Positions 18,238-28,518 of a stretch of DNA of 64,000 nucleotides are shown here, one piece after another. The stretch comes from Nannocystales bacterium (GTDB taxonomy: Bacteria; Myxococcota_A; Polyangia; Nannocystales; Nannocystaceae). The first letter of the stretch is position 1; each line of letters begins with the position of its first letter. Made by a program: the position numbers and the translations under genes. The DNA lies in NCBI GenBank assembly GCA_050633305.1, contig JBOEGF010000015.1:96001-160000 (forward strand), written 5' to 3'. A model generated the notes under the pieces. The model ran no database searches, was not told where the DNA came from, and saw only the letters and a list, made by a program, of their open reading frames with translations.

Positions 18238-19532
18238 CCGCCACCGAACCCTAGCGCCCCGTCATCCGCGGCAACGTGTCTCTGCGCCACATGCCAGTCC
18301 GAGATCTCAGCACTCGCGCTTTCGACATCGATGAAGGCGTCCTCCTCGGGGTTGAACAGGATCGCGAGCGCGAGCCATGTCCCCCCGAACCCGCGCGCCA
18401 ACTCGTGGTTGTCGTAGCCTCTTGCGAGCTGCAGGACTTCCCCGCCGAACACGTGCCCAGCGGGGTCACTCGTCGTGCGCCGAGCCTCGATGAAGCGGAT
18501 GTCGTTCAGCCACACCGAGAGCGGGTGTGTGTCGAACGAGTAGCAACGGATCGCCACCTCGACCTCGTCGGGCCCAGACGTGTAGACGTTCAAGTGGGCC
18601 CTCACCCAGGCCACCGCGGCGTCTTCACTCAGTGGTCGGTGGCGAAGTGTCGACCAATCGATCCCGAACCCAGACCCGTCGGGCACCAGAGCCGCCGCGT
18701 CCCCCGAGTCGAAAGAGTTGTGTTGCCAGCGTGCTGGGTCTGGGAAGCGCTCGTTGACCAAGGGGGAGAGAGAGCGCCGGCGGTGTCGTAGGTGCGAGGT
18801 GCCGGACCACTGCGCGGCCAGCCCGAAGAACTCCCCCGCCGCCCCCATACCCGAGGCGAATGGCATCGGCGGAAGCTGGCGGACGGTCATGCCATCCGCC
18901 GCGGGGGCAGGCTCTGCGAGCACGGTGCCCCAGTCGTGTTCAAGCGTGGACAGGGTGGCGACGTCCCGGTCGTAGCCCATGGCCAAGATGGTCCCCTCGT
19001 ACGCAGAGGTTCCCGAGCTGTCGATCGCACCGAAGTAGGCGGTCGCGGTGGTCGTCGCCTTCTCCGCGTGGGTGAACCAGTGCGAGCTCACGGAGCCCGT
19101 GTCCTCGTTCTCCACGGACAACACCGAGAGCATGGCGTCCGACGCCCCCGTAGTCGCGGGGTTCGGCATCGTTGTCCAAAGCACACGAGCCGTCTCGGCC
19201 GCCATGATGTCGACCTCGCGCCACGTGGCCGTGACCACGTTGTTCAACACGACGGTCAACTCTCCGCTGTCGATGCTGAGTGACTCACTGGCCGCCCCGG
19301 TGCCATGCCGCCACAGCGTCCCCACGTCACCGTCGGCGGTCGCCAGGATTCTAAACCGCAGGCTCCGGCGTCCCACCCCGGCGAGCCGCACTGTGGCTGA
19401 CTCGTAGACAACGTTCGTGCCCACCGTCAGGTCCGTCTCGTGCTGAGACAGATCCGTGGAAAGTGTGCCCTGGGCGTAGAACGCCGTGCAAAATCGGGCG
19501 CCGCGTTGGTCTCCTGTTTCTCGGACTGGCAT
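18234..19532 (-). CDS. Putative tail protein with lectin/LamG-like N-terminal region
   Basis: Gene order and beta-sandwich-like sequence. Confidence 0.55.
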   Translation of the reverse strand: MPVRETGDQRGARFCTAFYAQGTLSTDLSQHETDLTVGTNVVYESATVRLAGVGRRSLRFRILATADGDVGTLWRHGTGAASESLSIDSGELTVVLNNVVTATWREVDIMAAETARVLWTTMPNPATTGASDAMLSVLSVENEDTGSVSSHWFTHAEKATTTATAYFGAIDSSGTSAYEGTILAMGYDRDVATLSTLEHDWGTVLAEPAPAADGMTVRQLPPMPFASGMGAAGEFFGLAAQWSGTSHLRHRRRSLSPLVNERFPDPARWQHNSFDSGDAAALVPDGSGFGIDWSTLRHRPLSEDAAVAWVRAHLNVYTSGPDEVEVAIRCYSFDTHPLSVWLNDIRFIEARRTTSDPAGHVFGGEVLQLARGYDNHELARGFGGTWLALAILFNPEEDAFIDVESASAEISDWHVAQRHVAADDGALGFGGG

Positions 19533-22500
19533 TCAGTCGCTCCACTTCGAGCTCGCTACGGCGCCGCCACCGAACAACCCCGATTCATCACCGATCACCG
19601 CGATGTGCTGCAGGGCCCACGCTGCGGTCTGATTCTCGTGCTCGCGTGGGACGATCCAACACGGCATGTCGCGATAGTAGGTTCCCACCGGCGGCCCGGA
19701 CAGTTGCACCCGCGAACTGCCGGGCGTCGTCGTCACGCCCGCGACGGTTTGCGTCCACGCCTCGATCATCGTCTGGCCGTCCCACTGCATCCCCTTGACG
19801 TCGAGCATCCCGCCCGCGTCCGACCAGTCCGGCTCAAGTAGGCGCGACGCGTCCGACCAATCACCGCCGAGTCCCTGCCAGTCGTCGAAGACGAGCACCT
19901 CATTGGTGTCGGTGTCGAATCCGTAGCCCAAGACCGATGGGGCCATGACCGAGAAGGGGCGCGACGAATCGGCCTGCACCAGGATGTCGACCTCGAGGTT
20001 CTTCGTCGCGCAGTTCTCCCGCTTGCGGGTGACGATGCCGATCTGGCCGTCGATACTGTAGGTCCCGTCCTGTGACACGCCGCGAGGTTCCGTCAGTCGG
20101 ACGATAGTCCCGGGAAAGATGCGCTCGCCTACGAGGCGTGACAATACGGGCCAGCCCTGCACGCTCAGGTGGCGCTTCTCCCAGAATCGAGCGATCGCCG
20201 TTCGTCGAGACCTCCAACCGTCAAGGCTCCGAATCCCCTTCGGACCCATCTTGTATGGGACTCCGTCTGACCGATACCGCACGCCGCGGTCGTTCGCCCG
20301 GATCTCCTCTTTCCGTGTGAACTCTGCCGCGGCGGGGTCGTACCGGAAGGAGACTTCAAACGTATCGACAGGCCGGTACACGCGTAGTCGCTGTGTAGTC
20401 TGTGAGACGCGATGCTCCTCGGGGGCCTTGCTCGCCTGCGTCAAGGTCACCTCGACATCCTCTGGCTCGAACCGGTCGAGCAACGTCACAACCCCGTACT
20501 GCGCGCCGTGGAGCGACGGGACCATGCCGTAGAACCGGAGCCACTGCTCGATGACCTCCGAGGCGCTCACCCCAGGCGTCACGAGCATGCCAAGCCTCCG
20601 ATACGCCCCCGCCGGGAGTTTTGCGAACTCGCTGCGCCAGTCTGCGATCGGTGCAACGAGTTGCCCAGGGATCGCTAGGCCGAGGTCCCGAACCTCAGCG
20701 TCAAAGCTTCCAGGACCATCCGGCTCGTTTGCTGTCTGGTCGAGCGTCGCCCCGGGGTCGCCCTCGAAGCCCGACCACCCGGTCGAAGCGCCCGTGGTCA
20801 GCATGAGCCGTAGGATCTCGTCTTCCGCCCGGTCGTCGAACCCGTGTTCGCTGTGACCAAGTCGGAAGATTGGCCGGGCTCGAACAAGGTTCTCCGGGTC
20901 GTTCTGTACGATGGCCCAGTCGAAGCCAGACTCTGGAATCGAATCACGGTCGATGCCAAAACGGCGAGGGTCAAGCCACCGGGTCAGCGTCACGTCAGCA
21001 TCGACGCCGGCGCCAATGCTGCCCGGGAATGTCCCTTCCACCCACGTCCCCACAACGACCTGGGTCTCGTCCTCCACTTCTCCAATCGCGGTGGACCGTG
21101 GCCCCTCGAGTAGCAAGAGACCTTGCACGAGTTCGCCCGGCCCGATGTCGGTAGGCGGTCGGTCTAGTTGACCAGTGTGCCGAACAATGCCGCCTCCCGC
21201 CGGCGACAGTCGGATCACCGTCCCACCGTTGAGAGCAGATGGCAGAACGGACAGTCCACCGGGATAGAGAGGCGGATATAGCCGCTCGGTCCCTTGGTTG
21301 TCGTACGAACCAGGCTGAATGTTTTCGTCGTCGACCATGTGCCCCGCGGTGGAGAACTTCAGAGCGAAGAATCGCGGGCCCGGTGGTTCCGTCGGCTCTG
21401 TCCACAGAGAACTGCCTGGGGGGAAACCATCCCCTGCTTGGTCGAGGTCCGTCGACCATGGCAGCCCTTCGACGGGCAATCCAGCCGGGTTCACCTGCCG
21501 GTGCTGGATCACGGGGTCGTACCCGCACGACCTCCAGACAGTCTCGTGCATACACAGCTCGAGAACAGGGACGCGGGCTCCGAGGACACCTCCCGCCTCG
21601 TTGTCGATACGTATCGCGACCCCGTCGTCCGAGAAGCGCACTCGCTGGCCGTCGAAGTCATTGAAGGCGCCGTCAGGGCCAGCCGCGGATGCTGCCGAAG
21701 ATACGATGGTCGAGATAGCCGAGATCAGGCCAGATGGGTCGTCGAAGGAAGCTGGAAGAACTTCGGAGAAGTCCGTCGAGCCACCATAAGTCCTCCTGTT
21801 CGTGCTCGGGTCGCTCGCCTGATAGCTACGCAAGAACAACGCGACCCGTCTCTCGGGGTCCGTGAGGGATATCGGTCGACGAACTGAGACCCCCTCATCC
21901 CGACTCAGCGTCCCGAGTTGCCCCCCCAAATACGAATCAGGGCCGCGGCACTCGAGCGACCACCGGGACCCGTCGACTGTGCCGCCGTCTTCGAGCTCCC
22001 CCCACCACAGCCGCACCGACTCTGACCACGGTTGCCACCCTTGAGATCGGTCGTTGGGGTACGTGACGCGGTCGCGGTAGACCCTCCACAGCGAGCACCG
22101 CCGGCCTCGATATACAATGGGCACCTCGGAGACCAGCGCCGCTGCGAGGTCAGCATTCTCGTAGTCGGCCCCGAGGTGCTGGTCGCCGATGGACCAGCCA
22201 GGGAACGCGGACCAGTACGCTCGCTGCCCCGCGGGCCCGATGCGCTCGGTCCCCACGTGTCGGTCGAACAGGCTGGCGTTCCCGAGGTTCGTGTCGCCGG
22301 CCTCGACGGTGAGGTCCAGAGGCTCCTCGGACTCATGCCAGGCCCGGAACAGCGCCGCGAGATAGCCACCCCCCGCAATGTCGCGCTGGTCCTGCAACTC
22401 CACCGTCATGCGGAAGTCATCGATCCGCGAGTCGAGGACGTCGATGCCCAGCTCGTACGATGGCGGGGTCAGCCCCACCCACACCGGCCGACCGTCGCCG

Positions 22501-22619
22501 AAGTAGTCGGCCTGAGACGCCAGCTCGGGGACGTTGGTCCATGCTCCGACTCCCCCGACGACGAAGAGGAATGCCGTGTCTGCAGACTCTAGTTCGCGCA
22601 GTGCTTCGGTGTCAGGCAT
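19533..22619 (-). CDS. Large tail tip/baseplate hub-like protein
   Basis: 1028 aa from MPDTEAL; second gene after the tape measure. Confidence 0.65.
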   Translation of the reverse strand: MPDTEALRELESADTAFLFVVGGVGAWTNVPELASQADYFGDGRPVWVGLTPPSYELGIDVLDSRIDDFRMTVELQDQRDIAGGGYLAALFRAWHESEEPLDLTVEAGDTNLGNASLFDRHVGTERIGPAGQRAYWSAFPGWSIGDQHLGADYENADLAAALVSEVPIVYRGRRCSLWRVYRDRVTYPNDRSQGWQPWSESVRLWWGELEDGGTVDGSRWSLECRGPDSYLGGQLGTLSRDEGVSVRRPISLTDPERRVALFLRSYQASDPSTNRRTYGGSTDFSEVLPASFDDPSGLISAISTIVSSAASAAGPDGAFNDFDGQRVRFSDDGVAIRIDNEAGGVLGARVPVLELCMHETVWRSCGYDPVIQHRQVNPAGLPVEGLPWSTDLDQAGDGFPPGSSLWTEPTEPPGPRFFALKFSTAGHMVDDENIQPGSYDNQGTERLYPPLYPGGLSVLPSALNGGTVIRLSPAGGGIVRHTGQLDRPPTDIGPGELVQGLLLLEGPRSTAIGEVEDETQVVVGTWVEGTFPGSIGAGVDADVTLTRWLDPRRFGIDRDSIPESGFDWAIVQNDPENLVRARPIFRLGHSEHGFDDRAEDEILRLMLTTGASTGWSGFEGDPGATLDQTANEPDGPGSFDAEVRDLGLAIPGQLVAPIADWRSEFAKLPAGAYRRLGMLVTPGVSASEVIEQWLRFYGMVPSLHGAQYGVVTLLDRFEPEDVEVTLTQASKAPEEHRVSQTTQRLRVYRPVDTFEVSFRYDPAAAEFTRKEEIRANDRGVRYRSDGVPYKMGPKGIRSLDGWRSRRTAIARFWEKRHLSVQGWPVLSRLVGERIFPGTIVRLTEPRGVSQDGTYSIDGQIGIVTRKRENCATKNLEVDILVQADSSRPFSVMAPSVLGYGFDTDTNEVLVFDDWQGLGGDWSDASRLLEPDWSDAGGMLDVKGMQWDGQTMIEAWTQTVAGVTTTPGSSRVQLSGPPVGTYYRDMPCWIVPREHENQTAAWALQHIAVIGDESGLFGGGAVASSKWSD

Positions 22620-23412
22620 TGGCGGGGTACTCCGGTTGCTCGATGGCCTCGACGTCGATGGCCCACCGCGTGTTCGCGTTCCGAATCTCCCGATCGTAGC
22701 GACCTCGAGGAAGGGCCCGGCGCTTGTAGGTCCCCAGCGGCGTCGGCCATGAGACCAGGTCCAAGGCCCCAGGCGCAGCATCCTCGGTGACCGACTCGTA
22801 GACCTGGAACCGGTAGTTCGGTCGCAACACCAACTCACGGAACCGGTGCCAGGTCCCCCCCTTCATCAGGTCGGATGTCACGTCCGATGCGCGGACCCTG
22901 GATGCCATGACCTGCGACCAGGCAAACTCGTTGTGGGTCTGGACGTTGTGGAACTCCGAGTCGACGATCGTCCCGTCTGCGGAGATCTGCGTGTGCTCGT
23001 CCTCAACGGGGTAGCCCGCCTGCCCATCGCCCACTGGAGTCGTCGCGAGCCAACCTGCGGAGAACAGCAAGGGAGAAATCGCGGGTGCGACGTGGACCAT
23101 GTCGACCCCCAGCGCCACGCCCGAAAACCCCAACAGGCCCGGAAGGTCGGGGCCGTTGGTCCAGGTCAGCGAGAACGGGACGGTGCTGGAAATCTCAACG
23201 AGCCGGTCGGGGCGGATGCGAATCAACGCGTTCCCAAGCTCGGCCGAGATCACTGCGTCAAGCTGGCCAATCAGGCTCAGCGCGGCGTTTGGGTGGCGTA
23301 GGTACCAGTTACCGGCGGGGACGGTGTCCGTGTCGCCGCCATTGACCGTCACGCCCTGGGCGGCCAACCCCTCGATAGAGCCGACCAGCCACGTTGCAGG
23401 AATCGCGGGCAC
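22612..23412 (-). CDS. Putative distal tail protein
   Basis: Directly follows the tape measure gene. Confidence 0.55.
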   Translation of the reverse strand: MPAIPATWLVGSIEGLAAQGVTVNGGDTDTVPAGNWYLRHPNAALSLIGQLDAVISAELGNALIRIRPDRLVEISSTVPFSLTWTNGPDLPGLLGFSGVALGVDMVHVAPAISPLLFSAGWLATTPVGDGQAGYPVEDEHTQISADGTIVDSEFHNVQTHNEFAWSQVMASRVRASDVTSDLMKGGTWHRFRELVLRPNYRFQVYESVTEDAAPGALDLVSWPTPLGTYKRRALPRGRYDREIRNANTRWAIDVEAIEQPEYPANA

Positions 23413-23436
23413 ACACCCACGCTGCGGTAGCGCGGG

Positions 23437-25680
23437 CTACGCCACACGAATCCCGCGGCCGCGCGCCTGGTCGCGCTGCATTCGCGTCACCATCTCGACG
23501 GTGTCGGGCGTGACCATCCGTGCGTGGAGTTCCGTCACAAACGTGTTGCCGCCCCCCGCGTTCGGGTCCCTCCGGTCCTTCGAGATGGGGTCTCCGATCG
23601 CCGTGTTCTGGCTCTGCTGAGACACCGGGACCGAGACGTCCGAGGACGGCCCCGACCTGCCGCGTGAAGAACCTTGAGAGCTTCGACCCCCGGAGGACCC
23701 TCCCGCCGAACCTCCGCCTCCGAGGCTCCCGACGTTGCCGCTCATCAGCATTCCACCCCGCGCGAACGCAAGGGCGGCTGCAGACGTGTGCATCGCACCC
23801 TGGACGTAGTTGAACGAGGCGAACGCCGCTGCAGCTTTGACCGTCTCGAGTGCGCCGATCGTGAGGGACTGAACTCCTGCAGCCCGCTGCATGAACTGGG
23901 CTTTCCGCTTCTCCCCCTTGATCGTCTCGTTCGCGGCGAGCTTCGCAATCTCGCTGGAGTTGAGCGCGATGGTGTTGGCTCCCTGTGCAACCTGGGTGGA
24001 CGACTTGAGGTTGGCCAGGCGCTTGCGCTCCACTTCTTCCTCGTCGTTGATCTGCTCCTGTAACCAGCGACGGTTCGTTTCCTTCGCATGCTCGCGGGCG
24101 CGCAGGTCCTCCTCCATCCGTCGCAGGTTCCGGTCGTGCATCGCCTGGTCGCGCTGGTCCTTGGCGACGATCAGCGCAGCCTCGTCTTGGTCACGCTGCG
24201 CCCTCTCGACCGCGATCTCAGCCTGTCGAAGTCGCGCCCGCTCGTCCGCCTCGAGCAGAGCCCGGTTGTTGTTCTCGCGCATCGCCACCACCTCGGCGCG
24301 ACGGCGTTCCCGGCCGATCTCTCGCTCGATCTCGGCGTCCTGGATGCCGTCGACATGCCGCTGCTGCTCGGACGAGTCCACCGAAGTCGGTCCGTCGAAC
24401 CCCCGGCCGAGAGCCTGCGCCGGCTTCCGCCCACGCCCCCCCCGGCTGTGGCTCTCCCTTGCGTTCTTCTCCGCCTCCTTCGCCAGCTCGACCAGGGCAG
24501 CGCCCGCGTCTTTCGCCCCGTCGGCCACGGTCCGCCACGCCTTCGACAGAGCCCCGGGCGGCGCCGACCCCATCCGGGCCTTGTCGAGACCCAACTGCAG
24601 CGCACCGCCAATGCCTCCCACGCCCCCTCGCATGTTGATCGTGGGCATGTTTCCCATGAGCCCCGAGATCGTCCGCGAGTGCGTCTCCCAGTCCATCAGG
24701 AACGGGATCAGCTCACTGTTCCCGAGGGTGGCCATCGCGACCATCTGGCGGCCCAATCCCGAGGTCGCGTCCCCGAGTTCGTCCACCCGCTCGGCAGCGT
24801 CCTTCGACGACGTGTCGGCATCCGCCAGGACGTCGACCATGCTGCGTTCAACCTCGATCCGGAACTCGCGCAGCTGAATCGGCACAGAGTTTAGTCCGCG
24901 CCCCAGGGCATCGAACGCGTCGATCGCCTTGTTCTTCGCGCGCTCGAAGCTGAACGCCATCCCGTCCTGCCCCTTGCCAGCGATCTCAGCCTGCTCGCCC
25001 ATGGCGCGCAGAACCTCGTTGTAGGCAATCTGCTGACGCTCAGCGAGACCGATCTGCGTCGTGCTCCGGCCGGTTGCTCGAGCAACCTCGTCGAGCAGCT
25101 TCGCGTTGTCGGTGTTGAGCCCGATCGCGCGCAACCGGTCGACGTTTCCTTTCGCGATCGCCTTGCTCACCGCGTCCCACGAGGTGACCAGGTCTTTCTT
25201 GTTCTTATCCGCGACCGTCGCTGTCAGCCCAGACAGCTTGTTCATCTGGTCTTGAGTGAGCTTGAGGCTCGTCGACTGCAGCAGTGCAGCGCCGGCGGCC
25301 GCCTCATGCTGCGTCGTCATGTTGTCCATCGCCGCGGTGATCTCCTCCATGGAGAACCGCAGGTCGGTGGTGACGTTGACGCTGTCGATGATCCGGCTGT
25401 TCCAGGCTCCGTACGCCGCCGTTGCACCGGTGATCGCGAACACCATGCCCGCTGGCCCCGCGATGGCGTTGCTCAGGCTCTTGACCTGGGCGCCCATCCC
25501 CTGGCCCGCCTTGGACGCACGGGCCAGCTTAGCCGCTTGCTTGTCGAGGGCCACATTCGACCGCTCGACGCTGCGCTCGAACTTGTCGGTCCGCTGTGCG
25601 AGGGCCTGAACCTCACGGTTGGCGCTTCGGGCGTTGCCCTTCACCGTCAGGGTCGCGCTGTGGTTGCCTTCACGTGCCAT
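23437..25680 (-). CDS. Tail tape measure protein
   Basis: 747 aa, Ala-rich and helical, follows the frameshifting chaperone pair. Confidence 0.85.
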   Translation of the reverse strand: MAREGNHSATLTVKGNARSANREVQALAQRTDKFERSVERSNVALDKQAAKLARASKAGQGMGAQVKSLSNAIAGPAGMVFAITGATAAYGAWNSRIIDSVNVTTDLRFSMEEITAAMDNMTTQHEAAAGAALLQSTSLKLTQDQMNKLSGLTATVADKNKKDLVTSWDAVSKAIAKGNVDRLRAIGLNTDNAKLLDEVARATGRSTTQIGLAERQQIAYNEVLRAMGEQAEIAGKGQDGMAFSFERAKNKAIDAFDALGRGLNSVPIQLREFRIEVERSMVDVLADADTSSKDAAERVDELGDATSGLGRQMVAMATLGNSELIPFLMDWETHSRTISGLMGNMPTINMRGGVGGIGGALQLGLDKARMGSAPPGALSKAWRTVADGAKDAGAALVELAKEAEKNARESHSRGGRGRKPAQALGRGFDGPTSVDSSEQQRHVDGIQDAEIEREIGRERRRAEVVAMRENNNRALLEADERARLRQAEIAVERAQRDQDEAALIVAKDQRDQAMHDRNLRRMEEDLRAREHAKETNRRWLQEQINDEEEVERKRLANLKSSTQVAQGANTIALNSSEIAKLAANETIKGEKRKAQFMQRAAGVQSLTIGALETVKAAAAFASFNYVQGAMHTSAAALAFARGGMLMSGNVGSLGGGGSAGGSSGGRSSQGSSRGRSGPSSDVSVPVSQQSQNTAIGDPISKDRRDPNAGGGNTFVTELHARMVTPDTVEMVTRMQRDQARGRGIRVA

Positions 25681-26146
25681 TCTTCTTCTGCTCCTCGCGT
25701 TCGGCTCGGAGGTGCTCAGCGCTGCACGCGTCTTGCTCCCCCTCGTAGTAGGTCAGGGCGCGGAGGGCGAGAATCGATGGCGGTTCGTTCTCGAGGAGAA
25801 TGTTCGCCACCCTCCCACCGTTCGAGTCGCGCCGGCGGTAGTAGGGCCAGAGGGACCCGACCAGACGACACCGCTGGTCCCCACCCGGGCAACCGTCCTC
25901 AAGCGGCTCGACGGGGCGTTCGATGTTCCCCTTTGGGTCCCGGCCCAGGTGGAACGAGACGAGGTCCTCGGACACGTCCCACAGCACCGGCGGCAGGTCC
26001 CGACGCGAACACCCGCGAGCTCGGCGGGCGCTGTCGTTCCAGGACCCGTCAGGCCGCTGGCAGTGCTGCTCGCAGACCCAGGGGTTCTCTACTTCGCCGG
26101 CGCCGCCGCGGAGCTCTCGCCAAGCGGCCCGGCGGAGGGCTTTTTT
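25670..26146 (-). CDS. Tail assembly chaperone, -1 frameshift extension (gpGT-like)
   Basis: The -1 frame after A AAA AAG is open to 25670 (ALRRAAWREL...KKNGT). Confidence 0.8.
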   Translation of the reverse strand, partial: KKALRRAAWRELRGGAGEVENPWVCEQHCQRPDGSWNDSARRARGCSRRDLPPVLWDVSEDLVSFHLGRDPKGNIERPVEPLEDGCPGGDQRCRLVGSLWPYYRRRDSNGGRVANILLENEPPSILALRALTYYEGEQDACSAEHLRAEREEQKKNGT

Positions 26147-26739
26147 TCCTCCTCCGAGAGGTCGCGCGACAGGTTCAGGATCGCGTGGCCGACCACTTCG
26201 GGGATCTCGTAGGCGATCTGCTGCACCGCCTCAAGCAACGCTTCGTCGGTGGGTTTGGCTCCGTCTTGAACGGTGCCCGCTCTCGCGCGCAGCAACTTGT
26301 CGAGGGCCACGGACTTCTCGTCCCGCGGACCCTGCAGCCCCACACACGCCACCAGCCAAGACGCGGACGCCGCCTGGTCCCACTGTCCCGCGCTCTGCAT
26401 GGCTGACGCGGCCTGGACCTCCGCCATCGAGAGCGGACGGATCAGCCACTCCTCCGGGTGCTTGTTGCGGTCGAGGTACACATCGACTCCCTCGGCCTGC
26501 AGGTCGAACCGCGTCAGGCCCAGCCAGTAGCGTCGGACGACATGAGCCGTGGGCCCCTGGAATGCTGGGCTCTCCCGCATCCGCTGGGCTTTGTCGGCCG
26601 GGGGCTTGTACCCGGCCGCCTTCTCGATCTCGGCGGTCTCCCTCTCGATGCGGGCCATGTCCCACGCCGAGTCGTTGCGGGGAACGAAGACGTGCGGGCC
26701 GGTCGCAGAGTGCGATGGCGCGAACCTTTGCCGCGCCAT
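26089..26739 (-). CDS. Tail assembly chaperone (gpG-like)
   Basis: MARQRFAP...EEEKKP; between tail tube and tape measure, with slippery site. Confidence 0.8.
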   Translation of the reverse strand: MARQRFAPSHSATGPHVFVPRNDSAWDMARIERETAEIEKAAGYKPPADKAQRMRESPAFQGPTAHVVRRYWLGLTRFDLQAEGVDVYLDRNKHPEEWLIRPLSMAEVQAASAMQSAGQWDQAASASWLVACVGLQGPRDEKSVALDKLLRARAGTVQDGAKPTDEALLEAVQQIAYEIPEVVGHAILNLSRDLSEEEKKPSAGPLGESSAAAPAK

Positions 26740-28040
26740 CAGCCGACCCTCCCGATCTCGAACTTCGCCCGCGCGCGGTGGGCCTCGGTGGTTGTGAGCC
26801 CGATCGTGCTGACGTTGGCCTCTCGCGCCTTGAACGTCAGTGTGTAGGCGTCGCGGCCTCGGTGGTCGGCATCCTTCGGCTCGTCCCGAAGCTCGAGACG
26901 CGGGAAGTACAGGAACCAAGTGTTCCCTGGCTGGTCGCCCACCTGGATCAGCATGTGCTTGTGGGTCCCCGCGCGGAAGTCCGTTTTCCAGAACCGCTCG
27001 CGCGGCACCATGACCTCGACACCCGTCGCGTCGTAGCTCTCGTTCGAGACGCCGAAGCCGTGGATGCCGTTGCGGCCGTTCGGACCCTCGGACGGGTCGG
27101 GCTTGATGCCGAGCGTCGGGGTGATCGAGCCCCAGAACTGCTGCGCTCCAAGGTTGGCCCCGACGTCGGCGATCCAAACTCGCGTGGTTGAGCCCCGCCC
27201 CGGAACCGTGGACGGGTTGCCCTCGGGCGTGCCTGCGAGTGTAGGCACGACCAGGTCGGCGCCGTCGTACCGCTCTGGGTCCGTGAAGTCGACGCCCATC
27301 GCCGTGAAGTCGAGCTTCGTCGGCGTCCCCGAGGCGACCTCCCCGACCTCGACGCCAAAGCGGATGCCTTGTGCCTCGTGGATGTGGGCGGGGTCTTTGC
27401 CGCGGATGAAGATCGCGTGCGAGACCTGGGGCTCCGCATGGTCCTCGAGCAGGTCCCAGTCGGGGAAGTGCACGACCGTCGCGTGCATGACGTCGCCAGC
27501 GGCGGGCGTGAACGGCAGAGCGTGGCCCGCCGCCATGTTGGCGGTGTTGTCCCCGCCGCCGCCGAGGGTCACGTCGGTCAGCTTTCGGAAGTGTCCGGCA
27601 CCTTCGGACGTATCGAAGAAGAACCCCCACGTGTAGGACGCCTGCGCATCGCTCACGCCGGGCGTCGTCGTGGGAGCCGTGTCGACCCCTCCGGTGATAT
27701 CCGCCCTGTACCCCAGCGTCTCGCCCTGCAACGCGTTGAGCAGCAGTTCGTCGCGCACGAGCCGAGCTGCCTGCGCCTGGTCGGCCGCCGGCGCCTGTGC
27801 GCCGTAGAGGTACGTGGTCAGCGGGCACGCGACCGTCTTCGGGAGCACGATGCCCTCGGGCGTGTCGCTGGCTCTGCTGCGCAGGTTCTCGTTCTCCGTC
27901 TTGTTCTCGTAGAACTCGGGCGCGACCTCGAGGGCGTAGAACTTGCCCCCTGTGGCGATCGCGTCCCAGTCGTCCTCTCCGGAGCCGAAGGAAGTCTCGC
28001 GCGAGATCGCGACCTCGCGCTGTTTCAGTGGTGCAACCAT
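26739..28040 (-). CDS. Major tail tube protein
   Basis: N-terminal AISRETSFG pattern; position before the chaperones. Confidence 0.75.
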   Translation of the reverse strand: MVAPLKQREVAISRETSFGSGEDDWDAIATGGKFYALEVAPEFYENKTENENLRSRASDTPEGIVLPKTVACPLTTYLYGAQAPAADQAQAARLVRDELLLNALQGETLGYRADITGGVDTAPTTTPGVSDAQASYTWGFFFDTSEGAGHFRKLTDVTLGGGGDNTANMAAGHALPFTPAAGDVMHATVVHFPDWDLLEDHAEPQVSHAIFIRGKDPAHIHEAQGIRFGVEVGEVASGTPTKLDFTAMGVDFTDPERYDGADLVVPTLAGTPEGNPSTVPGRGSTTRVWIADVGANLGAQQFWGSITPTLGIKPDPSEGPNGRNGIHGFGVSNESYDATGVEVMVPRERFWKTDFRAGTHKHMLIQVGDQPGNTWFLYFPRLELRDEPKDADHRGRDAYTLTFKAREANVSTIGLTTTEAHRARAKFEIGRVG

Positions 28041-28053
28041 CGTGTGGGTCCTT

Positions 28054-28518
28054 TCATCTGGTAGTGCGCGAGCGCATGTATTGAACGGTGAAGGTGTAGA
28101 GGAACCGCTGCAGCTTCTCGTCGCCCACGAACTCCTCGCCGGCGAACTCGCTGAACGTCATCCCCGGAATGACCGGGTGCCAGGAATCGCAAAGGCAGTC
28201 GGTCAGGTCTTGGCGGTCCATCGCGACCAGCGTCCCGACGTCTTGCTTCTGGACTTTGCGGTAGTCGACCTGCAGCGCCACGAGCACCTCAGTTTCGACG
28301 TCCGCGTTCCCCGTCAGCCCCTCCTCGACGTCATCGGACGCCCCCAAAAACAGGACGAACGCCCGCGTCTGCAGCGAGGTCGTCTTCTCGCGGTTGCCGT
28401 CCTCGTTGGTCCAACGATGGTCGCGGTACTTGAGCGCCGAGGGCTCGATCAAAGAGATTCTCCGGATCAGCCGCTCCTGCAGTTCCTCGGCCGTCGTGCT
28501 CGTGACCAGTTCCGCCAT
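28054..28518 (-). CDS. Putative tail terminator
   Basis: 154 aa before the tail tube; C-terminal FTVQY strand. Confidence 0.55.
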   Translation of the reverse strand: MAELVTSTTAEELQERLIRRISLIEPSALKYRDHRWTNEDGNREKTTSLQTRAFVLFLGASDDVEEGLTGNADVETEVLVALQVDYRKVQKQDVGTLVAMDRQDLTDCLCDSWHPVIPGMTFSEFAGEEFVGDEKLQRFLYTFTVQYMRSRTTR

